Source of the DNA: an uncultured delta proteobacterium
GTDB lineage: Bacteria > Desulfobacterota > Desulfobacteria > Desulfobacterales > QNYZ01
Direction: 5' to 3'
DNA: 64,000 bases
Assembly: GCA_963845145.1 (NCBI GenBank)
Contig: CAWJQU010000003.1
Location: 160,001 to 224,000, forward strand
Under the pieces are notes generated by a model that was given only the letters and a program-made list of their open reading frames with translations, was not told the origin of the DNA and did no database searches. This document shows positions 10,946-23,315 of this stretch, piece by piece. Position 1 is the first letter of the stretch; each line of letters begins with the position of its first letter. A program made the position numbers and the translations under genes.

Positions 10946-11314
10946 TTATAGTACTTCAGGTGCCAACGAAATAATCTTCATAAATTTTTTAGCCCGTAAT
11001 TCTCTGGCCACAGGACCGAAAATACGCGTCCCAATGGGCTCACGCTGGGCATTAATAAGGACCGCTGAGTTATCATCGAATCGGATCAGGGAACCATCCG
11101 AACGACGAATTTCTTTTTTGGTTCTCACAACCACAGCCTTTAAAACCTCACCCTTTTTTACTTTGGCATTGGGCAAGGCTTCTTTAACCGTCACCACGAT
11201 TATGTCACCAATTCCAGCATAGCGACGCCGCGAACCCCCGAGTACCTTGATGCAATACAATTCCTTAGCACCAGAGTTGTCCGCAACGGTTAATCTTGTT
11301 TCTGTCTGAATCAT
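10946..11314 (-). CDS. rplN: 50S ribosomal protein L14
   Basis: [17 protein letters not shown]...[13 protein letters not shown]...SLAPEVL. Confidence 0.99.
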   Translation of the reverse strand: MIQTETRLTVADNSGAKELYCIKVLGGSRRRYAGIGDIIVVTVKEALPNAKVKKGEVLKAVVVRTKKEIRRSDGSLIRFDDNSAVLINAQREPIGTRIFGPVARELRAKKFMKIISLAPEVL

Positions 11315-11337
11315 CGTTTCGCCCCTTAAATCCCGTT

Positions 11338-11595
11338 TTAGACCGCTTTCTCGACAATTCGGGAAATCCGCCACCGTTTGGTTCGACTAATCGGCTTCGA
11401 TTCTGTTATCACGACCTTGTCGCCGATGCCGCATACATTATTTTCGTCATGGGCAGCAAATTTTGTTCGCCTGCGGATATATTTTTTATACAATTTGTGT
11501 TTAACCAACCGTTCCACTTGGACAGTCACGGATTTCTCCATCTTGTCGCTGACAACCGTTCCGACCATTTGTCGTTTTTTTCCTCTGTCTATCAT
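11338..11595 (-). CDS. rpsQ: 30S ribosomal protein S17
   Basis: [14 protein letters not shown]...AHDENN...[11 protein letters not shown]. Confidence 0.98.
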   Translation of the reverse strand: MIDRGKKRQMVGTVVSDKMEKSVTVQVERLVKHKLYKKYIRRRTKFAAHDENNVCGIGDKVVITESKPISRTKRWRISRIVEKAV

Positions 11596-11624
11596 GGTTT
11601 TTTTAATACCCTTCGAATTCAACT

Positions 11625-11810
11625 TTAGTTCGACTCCCGGATTATCGTCTTTATCCGGGCGATGTCACGTTTGGTTGCCTTTATTTTAACAGGATTTTCG
11701 AGTTGACCGATTCCAAGTTGAAATCGCAAATTGAATAGTGTCTGCTTTAAATCAATCAGCTTGCTTTGCTGTTCTTCTGAACTCATATCCCTTATTTCGT
11801 TGGCCTTCAT
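11625..11810 (-). CDS. rpmC: 50S ribosomal protein L29
   Basis: MKANEIR...LFNLRFQ...KRDIARIKT. Confidence 0.98.
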   Translation of the reverse strand: MKANEIRDMSSEEQQSKLIDLKQTLFNLRFQLGIGQLENPVKIKATKRDIARIKTIIRESN

Positions 11811-12223
11811 CCGACACTATCCCTTTCAATAAACCTGGTTTTTATGGGTAACTTATGGGAGGCCAGTCGCAATGCTTCCTCGGCAATTTCTTTGGAAACA
11901 CCCTCCATTTCATAAAGAATACGTCCCGGTCGAATCACGGCAACCCATGCTTCGGGTGGACCTTTTCCTTTTCCCATTCTTACTTCAGCAGGTTTTTTAG
12001 TAATGGTTTTATCCGGAAAAATTCGAATCCAAATTTTTCCGCCGCGCTTTATTCGCCTTGTCATGGCAATACGAGCCGATTCGATCTGACGCGCGCTGAC
12101 ATAACCGCTCTCCAAGGCCTGCAGACCGTAAAAGCCAAAATTCAGGCGATTACCCCGCCGAGCCATTCCTTTCATTCGACCCCGCTGCTGCTTTCGAAAT
12201 TTAACCTTCTTGGGACTGAGCAT
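11807..12223 (-). CDS. rplP: 50S ribosomal protein L16
   Basis: [15 protein letters not shown]...[13 protein letters not shown]. Confidence 0.99.
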   Translation of the reverse strand: MLSPKKVKFRKQQRGRMKGMARRGNRLNFGFYGLQALESGYVSARQIESARIAMTRRIKRGGKIWIRIFPDKTITKKPAEVRMGKGKGPPEAWVAVIRPGRILYEMEGVSKEIAEEALRLASHKLPIKTRFIERDSVG

Positions 12224-12256
12224 CTTTTGTATCTCCTAAAAGCCGATCCGCTATCT

Positions 12257-12904
12257 TCAGGCGCTTGCAGCCTTGTCATCTTTTAGAACTTCACCCTTAA
12301 AGATGAAGACCTTTATACCAATGGCGCCATACGTTGTACACGCTGTTGTAAATCCGTAATCAATATCTGCTCTTAACGTGTGCAAGGGTATGCGCCCTTC
12401 TTTGTATACTTCCGTACGAGCCATTTCTGCGCCGCCTAATCGCCCGGCACATATAATCTTAATCCCTTGAGCGCCAAACCGCATAGCCGAGGCAATTCCC
12501 CGCTTCATTGCACGTCTGAACGCTACTCTTTTAACAAGTTGCTGGGACACATTTTCGGCAACCAGTTGTGCATCCGTTTCGGGTTTACGAACTTCCTGGA
12601 TATCAATGGACACGTCCCTTGATACCATCCGCTCGATATCTGTTTTTAAAAGAGCAATCTCTGAGCCCTTTTTCCCTATGATTATCCCGGGACGCGCAGC
12701 GTGAATTCGTAATTTAATGCGCTTGGCCGAACGCTCTATTTCGATTTTAGCGATACCGGCATGTGCCAGCTTTTTTTTGAGAAAGCGGCGAAGTTCAAAA
12801 TCCTCGAGAATATACTCGGCATACTCTTTGTCCGCATACCATCGTGATTCCCAGGTTTTAACAATGCCTAACCTTAAACCCGTGGGATGTACTTTCTGGC
12901 CCAA
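12257..12904 (-). CDS. rpsC: 30S ribosomal protein S3
   Basis: [12 protein letters not shown]...[10 protein letters not shown]...[15 protein letters not shown] start. Confidence 0.99.
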   Translation of the reverse strand: MGQKVHPTGLRLGIVKTWESRWYADKEYAEYILEDFELRRFLKKKLAHAGIAKIEIERSAKRIKLRIHAARPGIIIGKKGSEIALLKTDIERMVSRDVSIDIQEVRKPETDAQLVAENVSQQLVKRVAFRRAMKRGIASAMRFGAQGIKIICAGRLGGAEMARTEVYKEGRIPLHTLRADIDYGFTTACTTYGAIGIKVFIFKGEVLKDDKAASA

Positions 12905-12917
12905 ATTGTACCCTCCT

Positions 12918-13265
12918 TTAGACCGTTTCGGCAGCTAAAATAACAGTTATATGGCTGCTTCTTTTTAAAATGCGTGTGCCCCGACCCCGAGCGCGAGCCT
13001 TGAATCGCTTCAAGGTAGGTCCCTGATCGGCAGTTATATTACGAATTACCAGATTATCGATATCAAGATCATGATTGGCCTCAGCATTGGCTACAGCCGA
13101 CCGAACAACCTTCTCAACAAGTCGGGCCGCCTTTTGCGGCATGAAATGCAGGCGATTGAGACCATCCTCAACGGGCAGCTTTTTAACACCATCAATGATC
13201 TTGTGTACTTTTTGCGGTGATATGCGTGCAAACCTTGCTACCGCTTTAATTTCTAAGTCAGCCAT
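12918..13265 (-). CDS. rplV: 50S ribosomal protein L22
   Basis: RISPQKV...SAVANAE...[14 protein letters not shown]...SHIT. Confidence 0.99.
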   Translation of the reverse strand: MADLEIKAVARFARISPQKVHKIIDGVKKLPVEDGLNRLHFMPQKAARLVEKVVRSAVANAEANHDLDIDNLVIRNITADQGPTLKRFKARARGRGTRILKRSSHITVILAAETV

Positions 13266-13291
13266 GATTATCCACTTTCTTAGTACCGAGG

Positions 13292-13570
13292 TTATCTTAC
13301 CTTTGATTTTTTATCACCGGCATGGCTATAAAACGTTCGGGTCGGTGAAAATTCCCCAAGTTTATGTCCGACCATGTCTTCAGCAACAAAGACCGGAATA
13401 AATTTTCTTCCATTATGGACCGCTAAGGTTATTCCAACCATCTCAGGTACAATGGTTGAACGCCGGGACCAAGTTTTTATCACCTGCTTGCTGGATGATT
13501 TTTGCGACCTCAACACCTTTTGCATTAATTTCGGCTCGATGTAGGGCCCCTTCTTTACCGATCTTGGCAT
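13292..13570 (-). CDS. rpsS: 30S ribosomal protein S19
   Basis: [10 protein letters not shown]...KTWSRRSTI...[13 protein letters not shown]. Confidence 0.99.
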   Translation of the reverse strand: MPRSVKKGPYIEPKLMQKVLRSQKSSSKQVIKTWSRRSTIVPEMVGITLAVHNGRKFIPVFVAEDMVGHKLGEFSPTRTFYSHAGDKKSKVR

Positions 13571-13653
13571 AATTACTCCTGAGCTAAACGCGGTGCGCGC
13601 TAAATGATCAGCACGTTGACCCCGTCACTGGATTAAACGGGATTGCCAAATTC

Positions 13654-14478
13654 TTACTTTTTCCGTCTTTTGACAATATAGCGATCTGTACGTTTGTTTT
13701 TTCGCGTCCGGTACCCCTTTGAAGGAACACCCCAAGGAGAACAAGGATGGCGTCCACCGGAGGATCGGCCCTCGCCGCCACCCATAGGATGGTCCACCGG
13801 ATTCATTGCGACGCCCCGAACTCGGGGTTTTTTGCCCAGCCATCGCTTACGGCCGGCTTTGCCAATGGACAAATTCTCATGCATCACATTCCCCAATTGA
13901 CCGATGGTCGCCTGGCAGTTTCCTAAAACCATTCGAACCTCGCCCGAGGGAAGTTTGACGAGCGCATATTTACCCTCTTTAGCCATCAATTGCGCATAGG
14001 TTCCGGCGCTTCGCACAATTTGGCCACCTTTTCCAAGGCGTAGCTCGATATTATGAATATGAGTTCCCAATGGAATTTGTCTCAGTGGTAACGCGTTACC
14101 GGGTTGAATATCTGCTTCCGGTCCACTCATCACCATGTCTCCGACGCTCAACTTCTGCGGTGCCAGAATATATCTTTTCTCACCATCCACATAATGAAGA
14201 AGCGCGATTCGTGCGGATCTGTTTGGATCATATTCGATTCCAGCGACCTTGGCTGGGATATCAGCTTTGTCACGTTTAAAATCGATGATTCGATAGTGAC
14301 GTTTGTGCCCCCCACCTCGATGGCGAGACGTTATGCGCCCGTTATTATTCCGCCCGCCTCGGGATCGAATCGGTCTTAATAGTTGTTTCTCGGCAGGTTT
14401 ATCGGTAATCTCCTCAAACGTATGGTAGGTCTGAAACCGTCGTCCCGGAGAAGTGGGTTTTACTTTTTTAATAGCCAT
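13654..14478 (-). CDS. rplB: 50S ribosomal protein L2
   Basis: [13 protein letters not shown]...[17 protein letters not shown]. Confidence 0.99.
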   Translation of the reverse strand: MAIKKVKPTSPGRRFQTYHTFEEITDKPAEKQLLRPIRSRGGRNNNGRITSRHRGGGHKRHYRIIDFKRDKADIPAKVAGIEYDPNRSARIALLHYVDGEKRYILAPQKLSVGDMVMSGPEADIQPGNALPLRQIPLGTHIHNIELRLGKGGQIVRSAGTYAQLMAKEGKYALVKLPSGEVRMVLGNCQATIGQLGNVMHENLSIGKAGRKRWLGKKPRVRGVAMNPVDHPMGGGEGRSSGGRHPCSPWGVPSKGYRTRKNKRTDRYIVKRRKK

Positions 14479-14552
14479 TTTCCCACCCTGTTAATTGGCA
14501 GATTTTTCTATTTTCAGCCATATTTAAGTGCTTAGTAAGATACATAGCCCGC

Positions 14553-14840
14553 TTAAGCTCCTTCAAAAAACTCGATTCTTTCGCCAGGCATGAGCGTCAC
14601 GATAGCTTTTTTCCAGTTTCTGCGTCTACCGAGGATCCGACCTCTGCGCTTTAATTTTCCACGAATTTGCATTGTTCGAACCGAGGAAACACGAACACCA
14701 AAAACCTCTTCAATCGCTTTCTTAATCTCAACGCGATTGGCCCTGGGAGCCACTTCAAAGGACAATTGATTAAATTCATCCTTTTGTATCGTGGTTTTCT
14801 CGGTAATAAGCGGCCGCCTAACAATATCATGTGCAATCAT
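14553..14840 (-). CDS. rplW: 50S ribosomal protein L23
   Basis: PLITEKT...[12 protein letters not shown]...WKKAIVTL. Confidence 0.98.
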   Translation of the reverse strand: MIAHDIVRRPLITEKTTIQKDEFNQLSFEVAPRANRVEIKKAIEEVFGVRVSSVRTMQIRGKLKRRGRILGRRRNWKKAIVTLMPGERIEFFEGA

Positions 14841-15460
14841 GCCGCCAGTCTCCTTTCGATTCCTTCAAGGGAAGATGTCAGCAGAATTAAATGTTTATGT
14901 TTAAGGATATCGTAAACATTTAAGCCAGCGACCTTTAGCACCTTGACACTCTGAATGTTCCGAGATGACAAATCTAAATTATTATCAATCTGATCGACGA
15001 CCACGAGTGCATTGTCAATGGAAAGGTTTTTCAAGACCCCAACAAAGTCGCTGGTTTTGACCCCTTGAAGTCCAAAACCTTCCAGAACCATCAACTCGCT
15101 ACTTGATAATTTGGTGCTTAAGGCCATTTTAAGCCCTAATTTACGTACCTTTTTCGGTACCTTATGCGCCCAAACTTTAGGGTGAGGACCGAAAACAACG
15201 CCTCCACCCCGAAGCAGTGGCGATTTAATGTCTCCGCGTCGTGCTCGTCCGGTTCCTTTTTGGCGAAACAGCTTACGGGTACTGCCTTTAATATCGGATC
15301 GATTTTTAACACATGCCGTACCGGCGCGTTTTGCGGCGAGTTGCATAGTGACGATTCGATGAAGGATATCCGGCTTGACAATCACACTGTAAATATCATC
15401 CAGCAGTTCTGCTTCTGATACTTTTTCAGCCTTATGGTTCAATACGTTGATGACAGCCAT
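14837..15460 (-). CDS. rplD: 50S ribosomal protein L4
   Basis: [11 protein letters not shown]...GGGVVFGP...LNVYDIL. Confidence 0.99.
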   Translation of the reverse strand: MAVINVLNHKAEKVSEAELLDDIYSVIVKPDILHRIVTMQLAAKRAGTACVKNRSDIKGSTRKLFRQKGTGRARRGDIKSPLLRGGGVVFGPHPKVWAHKVPKKVRKLGLKMALSTKLSSSELMVLEGFGLQGVKTSDFVGVLKNLSIDNALVVVDQIDNNLDLSSRNIQSVKVLKVAGLNVYDILKHKHLILLTSSLEGIERRLAA

Positions 15461-15462
15461 AA

Positions 15463-16095
15463 TTAGTTTCCTGCCTTCGATCTAATAATCCTCAGCATTC
15501 CTGATTTTGGGCCAGGCACTGCCCCTTTAAAAAAGATCAGATACTTATCCGGCCGAATATCGACAATTTGAATATTGCAAACCGTTTTACGCTCGCAACC
15601 GTAGTGACCCGGCATTTTTTTCCCCTTGATTACTTTGGAGGGTGTCGCACTGCATCCAATGGAACCAGGGATACGATGGCTGCGGCTCCCGTGGGTTTTT
15701 CCCCCACCATGAAATCCATGTCGTTTGATAACACCGGAGAATCCACGTCCTTTAGTGGTACCGGTAATATCGACCCGCTCACCCACCTTAAATATGTCCA
15801 GGGGAACTTCCTGTCCAGGCTTGAAATCGCTTGGGTTTTCCACTGGTACCTCGCACATATAGCCAGACGAAGTGAGTCCGCTTTTGGCTAAATGTCCCTT
15901 TGATGGGCGGTTAACACGACGTTCCGACCTTGTACCAAAGGCAAGCTGCAAGGCATCATAACCATCATTTTCGCGTGTTTTCACCTGAGTGACAACACAT
16001 GGCCCCACTTCGACCGCCGTCACAGGAACATAGTGGCCGTCGTTACTAAAAAGGCTCATCATTCCCAGTTTTTTTCCAATTAGTCCACTATACAT
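15463..16095 (-). CDS. rplC: 50S ribosomal protein L3
   Basis: GKKLGM...KGRGFSGVIKRHGF...HRIPGSIG...KGAVPG. Confidence 0.99.
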   Translation of the reverse strand: MYSGLIGKKLGMMSLFSNDGHYVPVTAVEVGPCVVTQVKTRENDGYDALQLAFGTRSERRVNRPSKGHLAKSGLTSSGYMCEVPVENPSDFKPGQEVPLDIFKVGERVDITGTTKGRGFSGVIKRHGFHGGGKTHGSRSHRIPGSIGCSATPSKVIKGKKMPGHYGCERKTVCNIQIVDIRPDKYLIFFKGAVPGPKSGMLRIIRSKAGN

Positions 16096-16115
16096 ATCGC
16101 CCAGATTCCATCTTT

Positions 16116-16427
16116 TTACAATTTAATTTCAACATCGACTCCGGGGGAGAGGTCCAGCTTCATTAAAGCATCAACCGTCTGTTGAGTCGGTTCCAAAATA
16201 TCCAGTAACCGCTTGTGCGTTCGAATTTCAAACTGCTCTCTGGATTTTTTATTCACATGAGGGGACCGCAAAACACAGTATTTATTGATAACCGTGGGTA
16301 ACGGAATGGGGCCAACAATACGAGCTCCGGTTTTGTTTGCCGTATCTACGATATCCGTGGCCGATTGATCCAACAATTTGTGATCATAGGCCTTTAACCG
16401 GATTCGAATTTTTGTATTCATTATCAT
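16116..16427 (-). CDS. rpsJ: 30S ribosomal protein S10
   Basis: [17 protein letters not shown]...[22 protein letters not shown]. Confidence 0.99.
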   Translation of the reverse strand: MIMNTKIRIRLKAYDHKLLDQSATDIVDTANKTGARIVGPIPLPTVINKYCVLRSPHVNKKSREQFEIRTHKRLLDILEPTQQTVDALMKLDLSPGVDVEIKL

Positions 16428-16441
16428 GGCAGTATTCTTTC

Positions 16442-17635
<1,194 letters not shown>

Positions 17636-17803
17636 CAGAGTCCCTCCACCATTACAAATGGATTGCGTACGTTTAAAACTTTTAGTTCAATTTAGTATAA
17701 GAGCCGATGCAACAGAGATTATAACGTGCTCGGCTCAGGAAGTAATCGCCGCTATAAACGTGTTTCAACCAGCTTTTATAGCGGGCCACAAATCATTACC
17801 TAT

Positions 17804-18274
17804 CTACCATCGAAAATGGGCGAAGGCTTTATTGGCATCTGCCATCTTATGCGTGTCTTCTCTTTTCTTAACCGAAAGTCCCTTATTATCTGCAGCATCA
17901 AGAATCTCGGAGGCTAGCTTGGCAGCCATTCCTTTTTCATGCCGACTACGGGCATATGAAATCAACCAGCGAATGCCTAGAGCAGTACGTCGACTGGGGC
18001 GAACTTCCGTAGGCACCTGATAGGTCGACCCACCCACCCGTCTGGATTTTACCTCTATTCGGGGCCGGACATTATCAATGGCCTTTTCAAAAACAGTTAG
18101 AGGCGGTTGGTTTAGTCTGCTCTCAATAAGATCAAATGCATTATAGAATATCGCTTCGGCGGTACTCTTCTTTCCATCCCGCATCAACTTGTTGATGAAT
18201 TTGGTTACAAGTTCATTATGATATTTGTGGTCCGGGACCACGCTACGATGCGGAACTTCTCTTCTTCTTGGCAT
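17804..18274 (-). CDS. rpsG: 30S ribosomal protein S7
   Basis: MPRRR...[15 protein letters not shown]...[15 protein letters not shown]. Confidence 0.99.
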   Translation of the reverse strand: MPRRREVPHRSVVPDHKYHNELVTKFINKLMRDGKKSTAEAIFYNAFDLIESRLNQPPLTVFEKAIDNVRPRIEVKSRRVGGSTYQVPTEVRPSRRTALGIRWLISYARSRHEKGMAAKLASEILDAADNKGLSVKKREDTHKMADANKAFAHFRW

Positions 18275-18336
18275 ATCCGTTACCTTATGGTGTTACCCTG
18301 ATTTAAAAACGAATCTTCGATCCTTTAATATCCAGT

Positions 18337-18708
18337 CTACTTCGGTTTTTTGGTGCCGTATTTTGAACGACCCTGTTTGCGGTCGTCTACCCCTAAAGTG
18401 TCCAGCGTTCCGCGGACAATATGGTAACGCACACCGGGTAAATCTTTGACTCTACCACCGCGAACCAGTACGACAGAGTGCTCTTGCAAATTGTGCCCCA
18501 TGCCGGGAATGTACGCTGAGACTTCAATTCCAGTTGTCAATCGAACACGCGCTACCTTACGAAGCGCAGAGTTTGGCTTTTTGGGCGTTGAGGTATATAC
18601 GCGCGTACAGACACCCCGCTTTTGGGGTGCACCCTTCAAAGCCGGGGTGCCGGTCTTTTTCTGAATTCGTTTTCTGCCTTTCCGCACAAGTTGATTAATT
18701 GTGGGCAT
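18337..18708 (-). CDS. rpsL: 30S ribosomal protein S12
   Basis: [12 protein letters not shown]...[10 protein letters not shown]...[10 protein letters not shown]. Confidence 0.99.
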   Translation of the reverse strand: MPTINQLVRKGRKRIQKKTGTPALKGAPQKRGVCTRVYTSTPKKPNSALRKVARVRLTTGIEVSAYIPGMGHNLQEHSVVLVRGGRVKDLPGVRYHIVRGTLDTLGVDDRKQGRSKYGTKKPK

Positions 18709-18777
18709 TGTTTCCTCGTCGTATGGTTTTACCGCATGGTTTTTTTTATTAATTTGCTCTGTCCGGCAAAATGAATA

Positions 18778-18806
18778 TATTTATGCCTTCTTATGGCGCT
18801 TGTCAA
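18778..18806 (-). promoter_or_regulatory. Candidate sigma70 promoter for the str operon
   Basis: Perfect TTGACA (18806-18801) followed 16-17 nt later by AT-rich CATAAATATAT; the -10 match is imperfect. Confidence 0.5.
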
Positions 18807-18853
18807 GCGATATTTGCGAAAATTAACAATAATCGCTAAGGCACCCAACACGT

Positions 18854-21800
18854 TTATGGGCGTGATATATCGCCATAGCTTTTTACCCCTGTTCCACATG
18901 GAATGAGCCGCCCCATAATGACATTTTCCTTGAGACCTTTAAGGGTATCAACGCTGCCGGCAATGGCTGCATTGGTAAGTACTTTGGTCGTTTCCTGAAA
19001 AGAGGCCGCTGAGATAAAGCTCTCGGTTGAAAGAGATGCTTTGGTAATGCCTAGAATGAGGGCCTCGGCCTTGGCCGGCTCGCCGCCCTTTTCAACGATC
19101 TTGGCGTTCTCTACCCCAAATCGAATTTTATCTACCTGCTCATCGGGAATAAATTCGGTATCTCCGGCATCAATGATTTTTACGCGCCGCATCATTTGCC
19201 GCACAATAACCTCAATATGCTTATCATTGATTCGTACCCCTTGGAGTCGATAAACTTCCTGAACCTCGTCCACAAGGTATCTGGCCAACGCGAGTTCGCC
19301 TTTGATATTCAATATGTCCTGTGGAATCGAAGAACCGCCAATGAGTGGGTCACCAGCGCGAATATAATCCCCCTCATAGACATTGATGTGCTTTCCGCGA
19401 GGAATCAGGTATTCCTTCTTTTCACCGACATCCACCGGCGTAACGGTCACTCTTTGTTTTCCTCTTTTCATTGATTTGGACACCGAAACATATCCGTCGA
19501 TTTGACTTAAAACCGCAATTTCCTTGGGTTTGCGCACTTCAAATAATTCTGCAACACGTGGCAAACCACCGGTAATATCCTTGGTTTTTGTCGTCGCACG
19601 CGGGAGCTTGGCAACCACGTCTCCGGCCAGGACCTCATCACCTTCTTCAACCAGTAAAATCGCTGCAACCGGTAATATATAGCGAGCAACCCCTGATTGA
19701 CTCGAAAGTTTGGCTGTTTTGCCACCTGTATCCTTAATCGAAATTCGAGGGCGATCATCCGCGTTTCTTGATTCAATTATCGTTCGGCTGGATTTACCGG
19801 TAACCGGGTCGACCTTTTCTTGAATGGTTTTTCCCAATTGAATATCGCCAAACTTAACAATTCCATCCACTTCAGTGATAATCGGTGTGGTAAAAGGGTC
19901 CCAGGATGCCAGAAGATCGCCGACACCGACTTCTTGACCATCCTCAATCGCTATATTGGCCCCATAAATAACAGGGAATCGTTCCAATTCACGGTCCTTT
20001 TCGCCCATGATTGCGAACTCACCCCCTTTGCGGTTCATGACGATGCTTTCATTACGCGCATTTTTAACCACGTTGAGTTCCAAAAACTTAATCCGGCCGC
20101 CGATCTTGGCCCGAATATCGGCTTGCTCTACACGCCGACTGGCGGTACCTCCGATATGGAAAGTACGCATGGTAAGCTGTGTTCCCGGCTCGCCAATGGA
20201 TTGAGCCGCCATGATACCAACCGCTTGACCAATCTCCACCCGATGCCCCTGAGCCAGATCCCGTCCGTAACAGGTGGCACACACCCCGCTTTTAGCATTA
20301 CAGGTTAAAACGGACCGGATTTTTACTTTGGCAACACCCGCTGTTGTGACGCGCTCGACCAGGGCCTCATCGAGCAGCTCCCCGGCTTTAACCAAAACTT
20401 CTTCGGAATAGGGATCGACGATATCTTCCATTGTGGTGCGGCCCAGAAGCCGTTCACCCAACGCCTGAATAACCTCGCCACCTTCCATCAGGGGTTCTAC
20501 CTCCAGCCCGATCATGGTACCGCAGTCAATTTTCGTAACCGAACAATCCTGGGCGACATCGGCTAACCGCCGTGTCAAATATCCGGAATTGGCTGTTTTC
20601 AAGGCTGTATCGGCAAGTCCCTTCCGGGCCCCATGGGTTGAAATAAAATACTGTAGTACGGAAAGACCTTCCCGAAAGTTTGCGCTGATAGGCGTTTCGA
20701 TAATTTCCCCGGAAGGCTTAGCCATCAGCCCACGCATACCGGCCAGCTGACGCATTTGGTCTTTACTACCTCGCGCGCCGGAGTTGGCCATCATATAAAT
20801 GGGATTCATGCTGCTTTGAAATACCGGTTCGCCGTGATCATCTTTTTCGACCCCGCCGCTTCCTGTAACGGGCTCCAATTTCATGGCTTCCATCATTTCA
20901 TCCGCCACTTCATCCGTGGCACGAGCCCATATATCGACGACTTTATTGTATTTCTCACCGGTCGTGATTAAACCTTCAGTGTATTGCTCCTGAATTTCGG
21001 CAACCTGCGTTTCGGCCTGCTTAATGATATCCCATTTGGCGCCTGGAATGATCATGTCATCAATGGAAATAGAAAGCCCTCCCTGGGTCGACATTTGGTA
21101 ACCGATATCCTTTAGTCGATCAGAAAGGATGACCGTTGCCTTGGCACCGAGATTACGATATGAAAAATCGACTAAATCCCGCAGTGCCTTTTTATCCAAT
21201 ATGCGATTAACCACTTTAAACGGAATCTCGGGTTGCTCATCCAACACCTCAAAGATGTGATAGGTGTCATCCGTAAAGATAATATCGCTGACATCACCCT
21301 TTTTCAGTTCAAAAAGCGAATCGGTCACCGCCACATCCGCATCGAAAACTCTTGAAAACTCCTTTTTGCTCAGGCGCCCCAACAGCCCTTTGTCGCCCTG
21401 ATCCGAATGTTTCGATTCAGTCTCAACCAAATCAACGAAAGACGCGCCGCTTTGTATTTTTTTTAAAACCGCTTGAGCCTTTTTCTTGGTTGCCAGTTTC
21501 ATACGGCGCAACACCATGACACGTTCCTTGGGCAAAATTTCCCAGAACAACACCCGCCCCACGGTTGTTTCAATGCGTTCGTCGTGAATCCGAACCGTTA
21601 CTTTTGCATGTAATCCCACTTTGCCGGCATCGTAGGCCGAGCGGACCTCACCGACATTTGAAAACTTGTGGCCTTCACCTGGAGCACCGACGACATCCCG
21701 GGTCATATAGTAGGTACCCAGTACAATATCCTGGCTGGGAACGATAATGGGGCTGCCGTTGGCCGGAGATAGGATATTATTGGACGACAGCATCAATACG

Positions 21801-23242
21801 CGCGCTTCAATCTGAGACTCCACCGACAACGGCACGTGAACGGCCATCTGGTCCCCATCGAAGTCGGCGTTAAAGGCTGTACAGACCAATGGGTGCAGTT
21901 GAATAGCCTTCCCCTCAATCAGAAGAGGCTCAAAGGCCTGTATACCCAATCGATGAAGGGTCGGCGCACGGTTAAGCATAACGGGGTATTCTTTAACGAC
22001 TTCATCAAGCGTATCCCAAACTTCCTGCGTTTCCCTTTCTACCATTCGTTTCGCACTCTTAACCGTTGAAACTTCGCCTTTTTGTTCAAGGCGGTAGTAG
22101 ATAAAAGGTTTAAATAATTCCAAGGCCATCTGTTTAGGAAGACCGCACTGGTGTAATCTCAGGTTGGGACCCACGGTAATAACCGTTCGTCCGGAATAAT
22201 CCACTCGTTTTCCAAGCAGGTTCTGACGAAAGCGCCCCTGTTTTCCCTTTAGGGTATCGCTCAGGGATTTAAGAGGCCTTCGGTTCGATCCCATGATCAC
22301 TCGGCCATGGCGGCCATTGTCAAAAAGGGCATCCACCGATTCCTGAAGCATCCGTTTTTCATTTCGAACGATAATTTCAGGCGCCCGCAAATCCATCAAT
22401 CGCTTAAGACGATTATTGCGGTTAATCACCCGCCGGTATAGATCATTTAAATCCGAGGTGGCAAATCGACCGCCTTCCAATGGCACCAACGGACGTAAAT
22501 CTGGCGGTAACACCGGAATCACATCCATAATCATCCAGGCAGGATCGATACCGGATCGACGAAATGAGTCAACGATTTTTAATTGTTTCGCCATTTTTTG
22601 TCGTTTGGCAACCGACCCTGTGGTTCGAATATCGGCTCGCAGGGTTTCATAAAGCCCGTCAATATCAATATTTTCAAGAATACCCTTGATCGCCTCAGCG
22701 CCGATACCCGCATCAAATTTGGTGCCATAGGTCTCAAGTGCTTCTTGGTATTCTTCATCGGTTAACAGTTGGCCCCGGGTAAAGGTCGTTTCCTTTGGAT
22801 CAATGACGATATAGCTGTCAAAGTAGAGCACCTTTTCAATATTTTTCAGGGTCATGTCGAGCAGGTTTCCGATTTTGCTCGGCAAACTTTTCATAAACCA
22901 AATGTGAGCCACGGGAGAAGCCAACTGAATATGGGCCATACGGTCCCGACGTACTTTGGATTGAATGACCTCCACACCGCACTTTTCACAAATGACGCCC
23001 CGGTGCTTCATCCGCTTGTATTTACCGCAATTACACTCGTAATCTTTGGTGGGACCAAAAATCTTGGCGCAGAAAAGACCATCCCTTTCCGGCTTGAAAG
23101 TCCGATAATTGATGGTTTCAGGTTTTTTTATTTCACCGTGGGACCAGTCCAGAATCTGTTTGGGAGAGGCAATTGCCAATCGCACAGCACTGTATCGTCG
23201 GGGATCTTTTGGTTTAGCAAAAAAGTCGTACAAGGTATCCAT
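18854..23242 (-). CDS. rpoC: RNA polymerase beta' subunit with a 98-aa parvulin-like insertion
   Basis: NADFDGD active site, Zn-finger CNC...CEKC, bridge helix [11 protein letters not shown]. Start placed at ATG 23242 (MDTLYDFF), 1462 aa. Confidence 0.99.
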   Translation of the reverse strand: MDTLYDFFAKPKDPRRYSAVRLAIASPKQILDWSHGEIKKPETINYRTFKPERDGLFCAKIFGPTKDYECNCGKYKRMKHRGVICEKCGVEVIQSKVRRDRMAHIQLASPVAHIWFMKSLPSKIGNLLDMTLKNIEKVLYFDSYIVIDPKETTFTRGQLLTDEEYQEALETYGTKFDAGIGAEAIKGILENIDIDGLYETLRADIRTTGSVAKRQKMAKQLKIVDSFRRSGIDPAWMIMDVIPVLPPDLRPLVPLEGGRFATSDLNDLYRRVINRNNRLKRLMDLRAPEIIVRNEKRMLQESVDALFDNGRHGRVIMGSNRRPLKSLSDTLKGKQGRFRQNLLGKRVDYSGRTVITVGPNLRLHQCGLPKQMALELFKPFIYYRLEQKGEVSTVKSAKRMVERETQEVWDTLDEVVKEYPVMLNRAPTLHRLGIQAFEPLLIEGKAIQLHPLVCTAFNADFDGDQMAVHVPLSVESQIEARVLMLSSNNILSPANGSPIIVPSQDIVLGTYYMTRDVVGAPGEGHKFSNVGEVRSAYDAGKVGLHAKVTVRIHDERIETTVGRVLFWEILPKERVMVLRRMKLATKKKAQAVLKKIQSGASFVDLVETESKHSDQGDKGLLGRLSKKEFSRVFDADVAVTDSLFELKKGDVSDIIFTDDTYHIFEVLDEQPEIPFKVVNRILDKKALRDLVDFSYRNLGAKATVILSDRLKDIGYQMSTQGGLSISIDDMIIPGAKWDIIKQAETQVAEIQEQYTEGLITTGEKYNKVVDIWARATDEVADEMMEAMKLEPVTGSGGVEKDDHGEPVFQSSMNPIYMMANSGARGSKDQMRQLAGMRGLMAKPSGEIIETPISANFREGLSVLQYFISTHGARKGLADTALKTANSGYLTRRLADVAQDCSVTKIDCGTMIGLEVEPLMEGGEVIQALGERLLGRTTMEDIVDPYSEEVLVKAGELLDEALVERVTTAGVAKVKIRSVLTCNAKSGVCATCYGRDLAQGHRVEIGQAVGIMAAQSIGEPGTQLTMRTFHIGGTASRRVEQADIRAKIGGRIKFLELNVVKNARNESIVMNRKGGEFAIMGEKDRELERFPVIYGANIAIEDGQEVGVGDLLASWDPFTTPIITEVDGIVKFGDIQLGKTIQEKVDPVTGKSSRTIIESRNADDRPRISIKDTGGKTAKLSSQSGVARYILPVAAILLVEEGDEVLAGDVVAKLPRATTKTKDITGGLPRVAELFEVRKPKEIAVLSQIDGYVSVSKSMKRGKQRVTVTPVDVGEKKEYLIPRGKHINVYEGDYIRAGDPLIGGSSIPQDILNIKGELALARYLVDEVQEVYRLQGVRINDKHIEVIVRQMMRRVKIIDAGDTEFIPDEQVDKIRFGVENAKIVEKGGEPAKAEALILGITKASLSTESFISAASFQETTKVLTNAAIAGSVDTLKGLKENVIMGRLIPCGTGVKSYGDISRP

Positions 23243-23315
23243 ATTCGTTCCCTTTTTGTGATTCCTCAATTTGGGGTACGTTGAATAGACAGATCGAAAT
23301 GTTAAAGATAGAAAA

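Noticed and set aside
19590..20150. Large insertion in the beta' trigger loop
   Set aside because: This is the known SI3 (two SBHM) insertion between TFHIGG and DITGGLPRV, expected in this lineage.
21233..21526. The rpoC insert as an intein or intron
   Set aside because: It lacks an N-terminal Cys/Ser and a C-terminal His-Asn followed by Cys/Ser/Thr, has no endonuclease motifs, and is short and in frame; it fits a folded parvulin-like domain better.
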